The notes beneath the pieces are model-generated. The model had not been told where the DNA came from, ran no database searches, and saw only the letters and a list, made by a program, of their open reading frames with translations. The position numbers were made by a program, and so were the translations under genes. A DNA stretch of 64,000 nucleotides from an uncultured Bacteroidales bacterium (lineage in GTDB: Bacteria > Bacteroidota > Bacteroidia > Bacteroidales > Paludibacteraceae). Position 1 is the first letter of the stretch; each line of letters starts with the position of its first letter. The DNA is taken from contig ONMV01000016.1 of assembly GCA_900319005.1 (NCBI GenBank), forward strand, positions 13,353-77,352, written 5' to 3'. Positions 26,491 to 35,670 of this stretch are shown in pieces.

Positions 26491-26503
26491 ATAAGTGTTT
26501 GAT

Positions 26504-27556
26504 TTAATTGTTTACATATTGGGAGAATAATTTTTCAAAGAAAGGTTTTTCTATGCACCGGATTCTTAATTGGTCTATGAAAGTACATGTAATGTAAACT
26601 CCACATACTACAATTATTGCATATAGAGGTAACCACGGAGAATAGTACCATTCTGTGCATTTGCATACATCTCCCCATAAGAATAATCTCATTGCATCAG
26701 AACTGGTATGAATTAAAAATACACCAAAAGTGCTTGCACTTATTGTGTTTATCCATTTATTTGGTTTCATATTCAATCTTCGAAAGAAATTGAATAGTGC
26801 TATGCTTGTTAATACTGCTAACGGGGCATTGCTATCTGATATCCATTTATGAGGCCACCAACTGGTTATTCCTATTTGACGAAAGTACAACATGATGATG
26901 ACCGATCCCATTGCTATTACCAAAATGATTAGGGCGCCTATTGGGGAATCTAAAAAGAAATGAGCCAAATTGTTCTGTATTGGATATTTTCGGAGATAAG
27001 CTCCGATAATGTATATGACACAGAACCATATAGGATATCCCATTGGTATCACAACACTTGGAAACTGATCCCAAATAGTAAAGAATAATAGAGATAGAGC
27101 AATTAAAGAGAGATGCTGATATTTCGACATGTTCTGAATCAAAACGTTCATAAATGGAACGAGAAGAAACATTACCAAATAGCCGCTAATAAACTCCGTC
27201 GTTAGGTCAGTAACAGGAGATAACAATTGAAACAGTCGAGTTCCGGAAATATTTTCTCTGCCACCTAGTATAAATCCCAAGTATATGAGTATTTTATAGA
27301 ATTCTATTTCACATACTAATTTTATGAATTTCTTCCATGTAAAGCTAGAGGAACACATGAAATATCCAGTAATGAGTACAAAGCAGTTTATGCCTATCTT
27401 CCCCCACATTCCAAACAACCATAAATATACATCATTACCATGTTCCAATGTTGGAGACATCATTCCGAGCAAACCTGAGTTTACCACAAAATGATGAGCA
27501 ATAATGCCAAGCATTAACACTATGCGAAATAGTTCATTATTACTTTGCCGCTGCAT
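26504..27556 (-). CDS. acyltransferase family 3 (integral-membrane O-acyltransferase)
   Basis: N-terminal NELFRIVLMLGIIAHHF motif and about 10 predicted TM helices, as in Acyl_transf_3 sugar O-acetyltransferases. Confidence 0.8.
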   Translation of the reverse strand: MQRQSNNELFRIVLMLGIIAHHFVVNSGLLGMMSPTLEHGNDVYLWLFGMWGKIGINCFVLITGYFMCSSSFTWKKFIKLVCEIEFYKILIYLGFILGGRENISGTRLFQLLSPVTDLTTEFISGYLVMFLLVPFMNVLIQNMSKYQHLSLIALSLLFFTIWDQFPSVVIPMGYPIWFCVIYIIGAYLRKYPIQNNLAHFFLDSPIGALIILVIAMGSVIIMLYFRQIGITSWWPHKWISDSNAPLAVLTSIALFNFFRRLNMKPNKWINTISASTFGVFLIHTSSDAMRLFLWGDVCKCTEWYYSPWLPLYAIIVVCGVYITCTFIDQLRIRCIEKPFFEKLFSQYVNN

Positions 27557-27568
27557 GGTTGCCGTCGT

Positions 27569-28519
27569 TTAATGTTGGCTGCGTTTATGTAATGCCTCTT
27601 TGATAGTTTTCCAAAGGACCTTTGGACATAAGATGGCCGCCATAATGAAACTGCCGAACATTCCGAAATAGCGTTTCTCCGCTCTGTAGGCGAAGATGAG
27701 ACTAATCCAAACCCAATTAGTTTTGCGCAAATCAGCAGCTATGTCAGCATATTGTTCCGGCAAAACGTCTGCCACGTTATGACAGATTTCTCTACTTGCT
27801 TTCGCTCTCGCTACACGATTCACAGTATGTGTCAATGATGTAGGATTTGTTCGATATGCTGCTGTTACTTCATCCAAATAATAGAACTTACCATATGAAT
27901 GCAGAATAATCCATAACGTCCAGTCTCCTAGGAATGGATTCTCTGTATGGCGGAATTTACTCCTTATCTCATTTTGGTGAATAGCACGATAGACAATAGT
28001 TGCTGTCGGATACTGATGTTGAGGCATCTTGAAGAAGTCATATATATCATAAATTCCTTCCTTGTTTCCTTGTACAACATTTTCCTTTTTCTGCTCTAAT
28101 AAGTTACCTTTTTTGTCTACTTTACATGTGTTTGTTACACACGCTATCAAATCAGAATCGCTTTCCAATATGTCAATTTGCTTTTGCAATTTCAGAGGAT
28201 CAGTCCAGTAATCATCACCTTCACAAATGGCTATATATTTACTTCCGGTTTTATCTAATGCGGCGTGGACTGTTTTCATTAAAATCCCATTAGGCTTTCT
28301 GTATAAATTTTCTTTTTCGTATATAGGAATAATGATGTTCGGATACTTTTCTGCATACTCTTGAATGATGGATGCACTATGATCTGTGGAAGCATCGTCG
28401 TGGACAATTGCGACAAAAGGAAAAGATGTTTGTTGCGAGACAAAACCATTAAGACAATCACGTAAGTATGGTTCGTGATTATAGACTAAACATTGTATGG
28501 CTACTAAAGGTTTATTCAT
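27569..28519 (-). CDS. glycosyltransferase family 2
   Basis: CLVYNHEPYLRDCLNGFVSQ.T.FPF.AIVHDDASTD..A.II.EY and an EGDDYW (DxD-like) motif. Confidence 0.85.
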   Translation of the reverse strand: MNKPLVAIQCLVYNHEPYLRDCLNGFVSQQTSFPFVAIVHDDASTDHSASIIQEYAEKYPNIIIPIYEKENLYRKPNGILMKTVHAALDKTGSKYIAICEGDDYWTDPLKLQKQIDILESDSDLIACVTNTCKVDKKGNLLEQKKENVVQGNKEGIYDIYDFFKMPQHQYPTATIVYRAIHQNEIRSKFRHTENPFLGDWTLWIILHSYGKFYYLDEVTAAYRTNPTSLTHTVNRVARAKASREICHNVADVLPEQYADIAADLRKTNWVWISLIFAYRAEKRYFGMFGSFIMAAILCPKVLWKTIKEALHKRSQH

Positions 28520-28523
28520 TGTT

Positions 28524-29630
28524 TCATTCTTTTAAGAAATCATCCTCCGAGTTAATAATACCTTCCTCAAATATCTCATCAGATTCAATAATCGGCAATA
28601 CATCTTTGATATTAATAACAGCAGAACAAACGCCCCAACTTAATCCCACGCCAAAACCACACATGAGTGTTTGGATTTCAGTATTCGTGTTGTCATTTCC
28701 ATACGTATCACATAATAAAAGAGGAATTGCTGCTGCAGATGTATTACCATATCTATCAAGGGATACAGGCATTTTTGATGCTTCTATTTTGAACTTCTTA
28801 GCTATCGTTTGAAGAATAAATCTGTTAGCTTGGTGTAAAGCAAAGCAATCATAATCCTCAACAGAAGTGTTTGTTATTGCCAAAAATTCTTTGATAGTTC
28901 GAGGAACATCAGTTATAGAGAACGAGAATACATTTTCTCCTTGCATTATTGTGTTGTACAATGTACGTGTATTGCCATCCTCAAATAGGATATCATTATG
29001 TGGTGCATACATGTTTCTAAAGCCACCAGCAGGAGCGATGATAGTCTGATAACCTTTACCATCAGTTTTAAGGATGCCGCAAATATCAGAATTTTGTTCA
29101 GTCTTTTCTAATAGTATGGCACTACCAGCATCTCCAAACAACATAGCAACAGACTGATCCTTAGGATGGGTCATCTTTGATAGTGTTTCTCCAACGAGTA
29201 AGAGTGCCTTGCTTATGTCAGATGCTTGCATTAAAGCGCATATGGTTTGCAAGCCATATACAAAAGCAGAGCAGCCAAGACTAATATCAAAAGCGACACA
29301 ACCTTTATTCAATTGTAAACGCTTGTGCAAAACACATGCTGTTGCAGGACGACGATAGTCAGCAGAATGAGCGACAAACACTAATGCTCCTATGTCATCG
29401 CGTGATATATTCTTTTGTATAATAATGTTTTCTGCTGCTGCGAAACAAAGATCTGATGCTGTTTGGTGTTCACGAGTTTTGCGAAATTGTATAATACCGG
29501 TAGATTCCTTAAAGCGAGTCACTTTTTCGGCTCCGAATATGTCCGCAAAAGAATCAACCGTTACCAACTGAGTGGGAACAGCTGCATTCATAGCAGCAAT
29601 GCGTATATTATGAAATTGGAAATATGCCAT
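28524..29630 (-). CDS. 3-oxoacyl-ACP synthase III (KASIII/FabH-like), copy b
   Basis: Cys-His-Asn triad in context: DISLGCSAFVYGL, FALHQANRFIL, YGNTSAAAIPL. Confidence 0.8.
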   Translation of the reverse strand: MAYFQFHNIRIAAMNAAVPTQLVTVDSFADIFGAEKVTRFKESTGIIQFRKTREHQTASDLCFAAAENIIIQKNISRDDIGALVFVAHSADYRRPATACVLHKRLQLNKGCVAFDISLGCSAFVYGLQTICALMQASDISKALLLVGETLSKMTHPKDQSVAMLFGDAGSAILLEKTEQNSDICGILKTDGKGYQTIIAPAGGFRNMYAPHNDILFEDGNTRTLYNTIMQGENVFSFSITDVPRTIKEFLAITNTSVEDYDCFALHQANRFILQTIAKKFKIEASKMPVSLDRYGNTSAAAIPLLLCDTYGNDNTNTEIQTLMCGFGVGLSWGVCSAVINIKDVLPIIESDEIFEEGIINSEDDFLKE

Positions 29631-29631
29631 A

Positions 29632-30393
29632 TTATATTAAAGTAGATATTCCACCATCAATTATCAAGGAGTGACCTGTTATCCACGCAGAAGCATCGGA
29701 AAGAAGATATATAACAGACCATGCTATTTCTTCTGGTCTACCATAACGTCCCAGAGGATACTTTTGTGCGTCTGTTTGCAAGTCGTCATCAGAATGTGCG
29801 CCTCCTGTAATCAACGGCGTAGTAACCATACCCGGATGAATTGAATTAGCGCGAATACTTTTAGACGCCAACTCTCGAGCGCAGTAACGTACATATGATT
29901 GTAAGGCCGCTTTGGATGCGCCATACACAGAATTACCTAAATCAGACTTTATGGCAGAAACAGAAGATGTAAACACTAATGAAGCGTTCTTGTTGATCTT
30001 TTTCTTACGGAGTAATTGTTTTACAAGAAGTATTGGAGTAAATGTGTTTGTCGCAAATATCTTTTGTAAATCTTCTTCTTTGATAAAACTAATAGGCTGA
30101 GTCTTTGCAATCCCAGCATTATTCACCACTCCATCTAAAATAGGAACTTGATTTACCAGACTTGTCAAATCCTCCAAATTATTCAAATCTGCTATTATTT
30201 GAAGATGTCCGAGGCCATATAAAGAGTCATACGTTTGTTGTAAACGCTCACTATTACGACCTGTAATAATTACAATTGCTCCAAGTTTAGAACACTCGAT
30301 AGCGGTAGCTCGTCCTATTCCGGACGAAGCTCCCGTTACGAGAATAGTTTTTCCTTTCAGAGAGAAAGGATTATATGTAGGATTGTATTCCAT
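29632..30393 (-). CDS. SDR-family oxidoreductase (3-oxoacyl-ACP reductase-like)
   Basis: TGASSGIGRA cofactor motif, NNAG, and catalytic S...YGASKAAL. Confidence 0.85.
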   Translation of the reverse strand: MEYNPTYNPFSLKGKTILVTGASSGIGRATAIECSKLGAIVIITGRNSERLQQTYDSLYGLGHLQIIADLNNLEDLTSLVNQVPILDGVVNNAGIAKTQPISFIKEEDLQKIFATNTFTPILLVKQLLRKKKINKNASLVFTSSVSAIKSDLGNSVYGASKAALQSYVRYCARELASKSIRANSIHPGMVTTPLITGGAHSDDDLQTDAQKYPLGRYGRPEEIAWSVIYLLSDASAWITGHSLIIDGGISTLI

Positions 30394-30395
30394 AA

Positions 30396-31448
30396 TTATG
30401 ATAACTCATCTACTAACACTAAATCGGAAATAACAATATTACTATCTGTTTCAAATACAGTAGTACCCCAACTTAAACCAACACCAAAACCACAGCAAAT
30501 AAATTTCTTAGGTTCAGTTAGTTTATCTTTTAGTTGAGTAACTATCGTAAGAGGAATAGATGCAGATGATGTGTTACCAAAATGAGACATACATTCTGGC
30601 ACCTTATCATCTGCTAATTTCAATTTCTTCTTTATCATGTTGTTCATCTTCATATTTGCTTGATGAAAAACATAATAATCTGCATCCAAATAGTCAAAAC
30701 TATAATGCTCAGCTAAGCGTTTTATGGACTTAGGAGGAACAGTGATTCCAAATGAAAAAACATCCATTCCGTTCATACGAGTAGTCATGCGGTTTGTGAT
30801 CTTTCCGTCAAGTTCTTCGGGCTCAAATGATGCAGGAGATACTTGATTTCTTGAACCACCATCTGGAATAATTATTGCATCGTACCCACTACCATCTGTC
30901 CCAAAATGGAAAGAAAATCCTGATGCTCCTTTAGAATATTCAACTGCGGTTGCTGTTCCTGCTGAGCCAAATAAAGGATCACTGGGTCCATCTGCTCTTT
31001 TCTTTGCATCTCCACACAAGATAAGTGCCTTTTTGATGTCTCCGTTTGCAACAAGAGAAACGACTTGACTTAATCCATATACCCAACCAGAACAACCTAA
31101 AGCACAATCAGAAGCATAGCACTCTTTGCTTAACCCAAGTCGCTCTTGAAGAATGCAGGCAGTAGCCGGTAAAATATAATCGGCTGTTTGGCTAACAAAT
31201 ACTAATGCTTCTATTTCGCTTTTATCCCATTGCAAATCCGCAATTAGACGCTCGGCAGCCTCAAAACAGAGATCAGATGTGCAAAGAGTTTTAGATGTGT
31301 GTCGCTCAATAACTCCTGTGGTTTTGACATAATCTTCAGCTGAATAGTCAACTGATATGTTATTATTTTGGAGATTATTAAGTACTCTTTTAGGAACACC
31401 GGCTGCTATACCTGCAATCCGTACATCCTTAAATCGAAGAAATGCCAT
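30396..31448 (-). CDS. 3-oxoacyl-ACP synthase III (KASIII/FabH-like), copy a
   Basis: Triad context DCALGCSGWVYGL, YVFHQANMKMN, FGNTSSASIPL. The ATG overlaps the ACP stop (TAATG). Confidence 0.8.
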   Translation of the reverse strand: MAFLRFKDVRIAGIAAGVPKRVLNNLQNNNISVDYSAEDYVKTTGVIERHTSKTLCTSDLCFEAAERLIADLQWDKSEIEALVFVSQTADYILPATACILQERLGLSKECYASDCALGCSGWVYGLSQVVSLVANGDIKKALILCGDAKKRADGPSDPLFGSAGTATAVEYSKGASGFSFHFGTDGSGYDAIIIPDGGSRNQVSPASFEPEELDGKITNRMTTRMNGMDVFSFGITVPPKSIKRLAEHYSFDYLDADYYVFHQANMKMNNMIKKKLKLADDKVPECMSHFGNTSSASIPLTIVTQLKDKLTEPKKFICCGFGVGLSWGTTVFETDSNIVISDLVLVDELS

Positions 31449-31678
31449 TATGCACGTTCTTTAACAATGTTAAACAAATCCTCAATAGTGACAGAACTCT
31501 TAACATCATTACCTTTGATTGCGACATCGTATTCTTCATCAACCATAGCAATGATACTTAATCCGATAAGCGAAGACCATTCCTCTAATTCATGATACTT
31601 GGTTTGAGGAGTGAATACACTTGCATCAGTTTCTTCAAATTGCTCAGCGAAGTGAGCTACAAATTCTTGTAAATCCAT
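31448..31678 (-). CDS. acyl carrier protein
   Basis: 76-aa acidic four-helix-type protein with a candidate phosphopantetheine site EEWSSLIGLSII (DSL-like). Confidence 0.7.
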   Translation of the reverse strand: MDLQEFVAHFAEQFEETDASVFTPQTKYHELEEWSSLIGLSIIAMVDEEYDVAIKGNDVKSSVTIEDLFNIVKERA

Positions 31679-31716
31679 AATTTCAATTTTTAATTTGTTA
31701 ATATTTAATTTGTTAA

Positions 31717-32355
31717 TTAGTAATCGATTTTTACTGCCGGATTTCCATGTACGTGTAATCCGTCCTTTATGTTGCGCATGACAACACTACCTGCGCCAAC
31801 AATTACTTCATTGCCAATACTTTTGTGCGCAATAAGCATAGATTTCGGGTGCATAATTGCCATTTTCCCAATATTGGAACAGCCTCCAAGGAATACATAT
31901 GAGAAAATTGATGCGTATTCATCTATATGACAATCATGTCCTATCGTACAAAAACCATGTATTAGAGCATGCTTTTCGATACACACATTATCCGAAACAA
32001 TAGTACATGCTCCTATACAACAGCCAGGTTGTATTGTTACATTCTCATTTATAATAGCCAAAGGACTAATTAGTGAAATAAAATTTCCACCTTTTGTTTC
32101 TATTAATTCTGCATAGTGCTTACGCCATTTCGGGTCTCCCATAGCGCAGAAGAAAACATCATCAGGTTTAATACTATATTCTTCTACCGATCCTAGAATG
32201 GGCGGATATGTACCATTTAGTCCATCTAAAGCATGGCTATCACTATCAAGAAATCCCTTAATGTCATATGTTTTACCATACCCACTAGTATTTTGCGCAG
32301 TCCAATAACATTCCCTGCCCCATCCTCGGGCACCTATTATGATAAGATGTTTCAT
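31717..32355 (-). CDS. left-handed beta-helix (hexapeptide) sugar N/O-acyltransferase, NeuD/PglD-like
   Basis: Rossmann-like N-terminus MKHLIIIGARGWGRE followed by hexapeptide repeats (IG..C.I....I......IG). Confidence 0.75.
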   Translation of the reverse strand: MKHLIIIGARGWGRECYWTAQNTSGYGKTYDIKGFLDSDSHALDGLNGTYPPILGSVEEYSIKPDDVFFCAMGDPKWRKHYAELIETKGGNFISLISPLAIINENVTIQPGCCIGACTIVSDNVCIEKHALIHGFCTIGHDCHIDEYASIFSYVFLGGCSNIGKMAIMHPKSMLIAHKSIGNEVIVGAGSVVMRNIKDGLHVHGNPAVKIDY

Positions 32356-32357
32356 AT

Positions 32358-33467
32358 TTAAATAGTATTGATAATTCGTTCTACATCTTCTTGCGTCAAC
32401 TCATGATGCATTGGTAAGCACAACACTTGATTTGCCATTTTTGTAGCAACAGACAGATTGCTTGGCAAGGCAGAAGGATATTCTTTATATGGATTTAAAG
32501 TGCTTATCAATGGATAGAAATAACGACGTCCATAGATATTATTTGCTTTGAGTTTTTCGTAAAGTGCGTCACGACTCATGCCGTATTTTGCTTCGTCCAC
32601 AAAGATCGGGAAATAACCATAATTGTAGCGGATATTCGGCAATTCAGGCAAATATGATAAACCGGCAATATTATCAATGGCCTCACGATAACGATTTGCC
32701 ACTTTGCGACGCGCGTCAATAGCTGCTTCTACTTGTTTGAGATTCAGTAAACCAAATGCCGCACGGACCTCATCCATTTTGCCGTTAATACCCGGAGCAA
32801 CAATAGTTGTCTCGCCTCTAAAACCAAAGTTTTTGAGATTGTCTATCTGATATTTCATCTCGGCACTATGACATATCAACGCGCCGCCTTCTATTGTACC
32901 ATACACTTTGGTAGCATGGAAACTTAACGTACTCATATCGCCCCAATTCAAAATGGACTCGCCATCCTTACGAACTCCGAACGCATGGGCGGCATCATAG
33001 ATGACTTTGAGACCATGTTTCTTGGCGATGAAATCAATCTGCTCATTGTCACACGGCTGACCATACACATGTACCGGCATAATAGCCACCGTATTTTCCG
33101 TGATAGCTGCCTCTATCTTGACAGGATCAATATTACCGGTTGTCGGTTCCACATCAACGAAGACTGGAGTCAAACCATTCCACCAAATACTATGGGTGGT
33201 AGCCACAAATGAATATGGCGTAGTAATCACTTCTCCTTTTGTAAGGCCAAGAGCTTGCAACGCCGTTATCAACGGAAGTGTACCATTGGTAAACACCGAG
33301 ATATACTCTACCCCAATGTACTCAGCCAGTGCTTTCTCCAACTGCTGATGAAACGAACCATTATTTGTTATCCACTTACTATCCCAGATCTCTTGAAGAT
33401 AGGCATTAAACTCCTGCAAGTCAGGTAACAACGGAGATGTAACTAATATTGGGTTTGTCTTATCCAT
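32358..33467 (-). CDS. DegT/DnrJ/EryC1/StrS-family sugar aminotransferase
   Basis: Family pattern including SFHATK (PLP lysine) and DAAHAFG. 369 aa. Confidence 0.85.
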   Translation of the reverse strand: MDKTNPILVTSPLLPDLQEFNAYLQEIWDSKWITNNGSFHQQLEKALAEYIGVEYISVFTNGTLPLITALQALGLTKGEVITTPYSFVATTHSIWWNGLTPVFVDVEPTTGNIDPVKIEAAITENTVAIMPVHVYGQPCDNEQIDFIAKKHGLKVIYDAAHAFGVRKDGESILNWGDMSTLSFHATKVYGTIEGGALICHSAEMKYQIDNLKNFGFRGETTIVAPGINGKMDEVRAAFGLLNLKQVEAAIDARRKVANRYREAIDNIAGLSYLPELPNIRYNYGYFPIFVDEAKYGMSRDALYEKLKANNIYGRRYFYPLISTLNPYKEYPSALPSNLSVATKMANQVLCLPMHHELTQEDVERIINTI

Positions 33468-33500
33468 TTTATATCTTATAATATCTTTCTATTTACATTT

Positions 33501-33604
33501 CATTCCCGAGACATCATCGAATCATTCCCGAACCATTCCCGAAAGATCACATGCTCAGTGAGCAATGCTGTGCGCTATGCGCAATGTATTATGTTTGATG
33601 TGTT
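33501..33604. repeat. composite junction repeats: (cattcccga)x3, gctgtgcgctatgcgcaatg, atgtattatgtttgatgtgtt
   Basis: Read directly. The last word recurs at 35046-35100, 58836-58860 (reverse complement) and 59824-59845 (reverse complement). Confidence 0.8.
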
Positions 33605-33703
33605 ATTTTTTTGAATATTCTACACAAGAAATGCGATTTTGCGGATTAAATTCCTTAAAAGTTATAGTTTTTATGGATTATTTTCCTTAAAAGTTCAATT
33701 TTA

Positions 33704-33735
33704 TTTGGTCGTTTCATTTATTTTTTGTATCTTTG
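33704..33735 (+). promoter_or_regulatory. Bacteroidetes sigma-A promoter (TTTG-N20-TATCTTTG)
   Basis: TTTG gtcgtttcatttattttttg TATCTTTG. The first ATG (33745) is 10 nt after the -7 box. Confidence 0.7.
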
Positions 33736-33744
33736 CACCCTCAA

Positions 33745-34881
33745 ATGATAGATGCTATGATTAATCGTTTCTTACAACCTCAATTAGAGTCCATGTTAGG
33801 TAGCCACAAAGCCATCATTGTGATGGGTGCACGGCAAGTCGGGAAATCAACCCTGTTACAATTATTATTAGGACAAAGACAAGATGTACTTTGGCTGAAT
33901 GGTGATAACAATGATGTTCAAACATTGTTTACCGCCATTTCCGCAGAGCGAATGCACTCTCTAATGGGCACTAAACGCGTACTGGTTATTGACGAAGCTC
34001 AGCGTATTCCGAACATTGGGGTGCAACTCAAAATTATCATTGACCAGCTATCGGATGTGCAAGTTATTGCTACTGGAAGCAGCAGTTTTGAATTGGCATC
34101 CAAAGTCAACGAACCTCTCACCGGACGCAAGCGAGAGTTTAAGCTTTTTCCTCTCACGTTTAACGAAATGGTGGAACACTCCTCGCTCATTGAAGAACTT
34201 CGCTTAATCCCTCATCGCTTGGTGTATGGATATTATCCTGAAGTGGTTGCAAACCCCGGACAGGAAGCAAATATCCTCAAAGAACTGACAGACTCCTATC
34301 TCTACCGTGACATTCTAACGCTTGATAAAGTTGCCAAATCGGACAAATTAGTCCTTTTACTCAAAGCACTGGCTATGCAAATCGGCTCCCAAGTCAGTTA
34401 TAACGAACTTAGTGGATTAGTAGGAATCGATGCTAAAACCATAGAGCGGTACATCACTGTCCTTGAGCAATCTTATATCATTTTCCGATTAGGCAGCTTC
34501 TCCCGTAATCTACGGAACGAACTCAAGTTCAGCAAGAAGATATACTTCTGGGATATGGGTATCCGTAATGCCGTCATTGGAAATTTCTCTTTGGCTGAAA
34601 CCCGCTCTGACATCGGAGCTATGTGGGAAAATTTTGCAATTGCAGAGCGCATGAAACAGATTAAATACCGTCATCCATTTGCTCAATCCTATTTTTGGAG
34701 AACTAAACAGCAGACAGAAATAGACTACATAGAAGAACTGGATGGCTCGCTTCGGGCATTTGAGTTCAAATGGAATGAGCGTAAATCTCTGCGTTGCCCA
34801 TTAGCTTTCTCAAACGCTTATCCTGACGCTTCGTTTAGTGCCATCACACCTTCCAATATCGACGATTTTCTGCGTTTATAA
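33745..34881 (+). CDS. AAA+ ATPase, AAA_14/DUF4143-type (second, divergent copy)
   Basis: Walker A GARQVGKST, Walker B VLVIDEAQ. The ORF-track TTG start at 33733 falls inside the -7 box, so ATG 33745 (or 33757) is preferred. Confidence 0.75.
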   Translation: MIDAMINRFLQPQLESMLGSHKAIIVMGARQVGKSTLLQLLLGQRQDVLWLNGDNNDVQTLFTAISAERMHSLMGTKRVLVIDEAQRIPNIGVQLKIIIDQLSDVQVIATGSSSFELASKVNEPLTGRKREFKLFPLTFNEMVEHSSLIEELRLIPHRLVYGYYPEVVANPGQEANILKELTDSYLYRDILTLDKVAKSDKLVLLLKALAMQIGSQVSYNELSGLVGIDAKTIERYITVLEQSYIIFRLGSFSRNLRNELKFSKKIYFWDMGIRNAVIGNFSLAETRSDIGAMWENFAIAERMKQIKYRHPFAQSYFWRTKQQTEIDYIEELDGSLRAFEFKWNERKSLRCPLAFSNAYPDASFSAITPSNIDDFLRL

Positions 34882-34916
34882 ATCGCTATTTGTGTACAAT
34901 ATTTCAAAGATCTCTC

Positions 34917-34947
34917 GCGCCCAAATTATATTGCGGGCGCATTTTTT
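34917..34947 (+). terminator. rho-independent terminator
   Basis: gcgccc-(12-nt loop)-gggcgc followed by attttttg. Confidence 0.65.
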
Positions 34948-34958
34948 GTTTGTTATTA

Positions 34959-35128
34959 TTTCCTTTTCTATTTTCCTTTCCATCATCCTTTCAACTTCCT
35001 TTCAATAACGCGACCATCACGCGATCACCTCGGGAGAACGATGCTATGTATTATGTATGATGTTTGATGTGTGATGTTTGATGTTTGATGTGTGATGTGT
35101 GTTACACCATACACCGTACACTATACAC
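34959..35128. repeat. concatenated junction word repeats: (ttcctttc)n, (gcgatcac)n, (tgatgtttgatgtg)n, (acaccrtacac)n
   Basis: Read directly. Four different short tandem words follow one another without any ORF. Confidence 0.85.
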
Positions 35129-35131
35129 CAA

Positions 35132-35512
35132 TTACTTCTCCGTCCCCGGTAATCCGGCTTCTTTGCGCATCTGGCGTTGGAGGACGGATTGCACATACCG
35201 ATCCAAGCGCAAATAAATATGGCGCTTGCCGGTTTTGCGATCAACAGGTGCATCCAGTTCGGGCTCGTTGAGTTGGGCGTGCCAGCGTTTGCTCCATTCT
35301 GCTTTGCGGACAGGATCGGAGAGTTCCAACAATGCCTCGGTCATCGAACGATGAAAAATAGAGGTGTTGCGGATCTCACCCTCACGCAAAGGATGTGTCT
35401 CGTAGTCACGCGGATTAGCTACGAAATATGCCTCTTCCGCTCCGTAACCAACGACTACGCCTTCCTCATCGCGGTATGTCTTCCGTCTCCGGATTAAACT
35501 CTTTGGTTTCAT
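35132..35512 (-). CDS. small basic hypothetical protein (paralog of 10063..10401)
   Basis: Start taken at MKPKSLIRRRK (cat at 35510-35512). Shares an ordered motif pattern with the 112-aa ORF at 10063. Confidence 0.55.
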   Translation of the reverse strand: MKPKSLIRRRKTYRDEEGVVVGYGAEEAYFVANPRDYETHPLREGEIRNTSIFHRSMTEALLELSDPVRKAEWSKRWHAQLNEPELDAPVDRKTGKRHIYLRLDRYVQSVLQRQMRKEAGLPGTEK

Positions 35513-35545
35513 GCTATTTGTCCACAAATTAAACAGATTTACACA

Positions 35546-35596
35546 CAAAAAAACATCTTAACAATTCTCTGGCGTTTGCCGGATCGTTGTTAAGAT
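35546..35596 (-). terminator. rho-independent terminator (minus strand)
   Basis: Perfect 10-bp stem atcttaacaa/ttgttaagat with a 22-nt loop, followed on the minus strand by GTTTTTTTG. Confidence 0.65.
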
Positions 35597-35633
35597 GGGA
35601 AATATAGGGAAAATCGGTATTTCCGTTTCGGAC

Positions 35634-35670
35634 ATCAAAAAACGCGGATCTCTTTTTGTTGCTTATCCGC
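35634..35670 (-). terminator. terminator-like hairpin (minus strand)
   Basis: GCGGAT-(15-nt loop)-ATCCGC followed by GTTTTTTG on the minus strand. Confidence 0.45.

Noticed and set aside
33501-35128. Possible CRISPR array among the short tandem repeats (also at 48492, 49836 and elsewhere)
   Set aside because: The units are 7-16 bp and directly abut one another without unique 25-40-bp spacers. No cas genes are present in the window.
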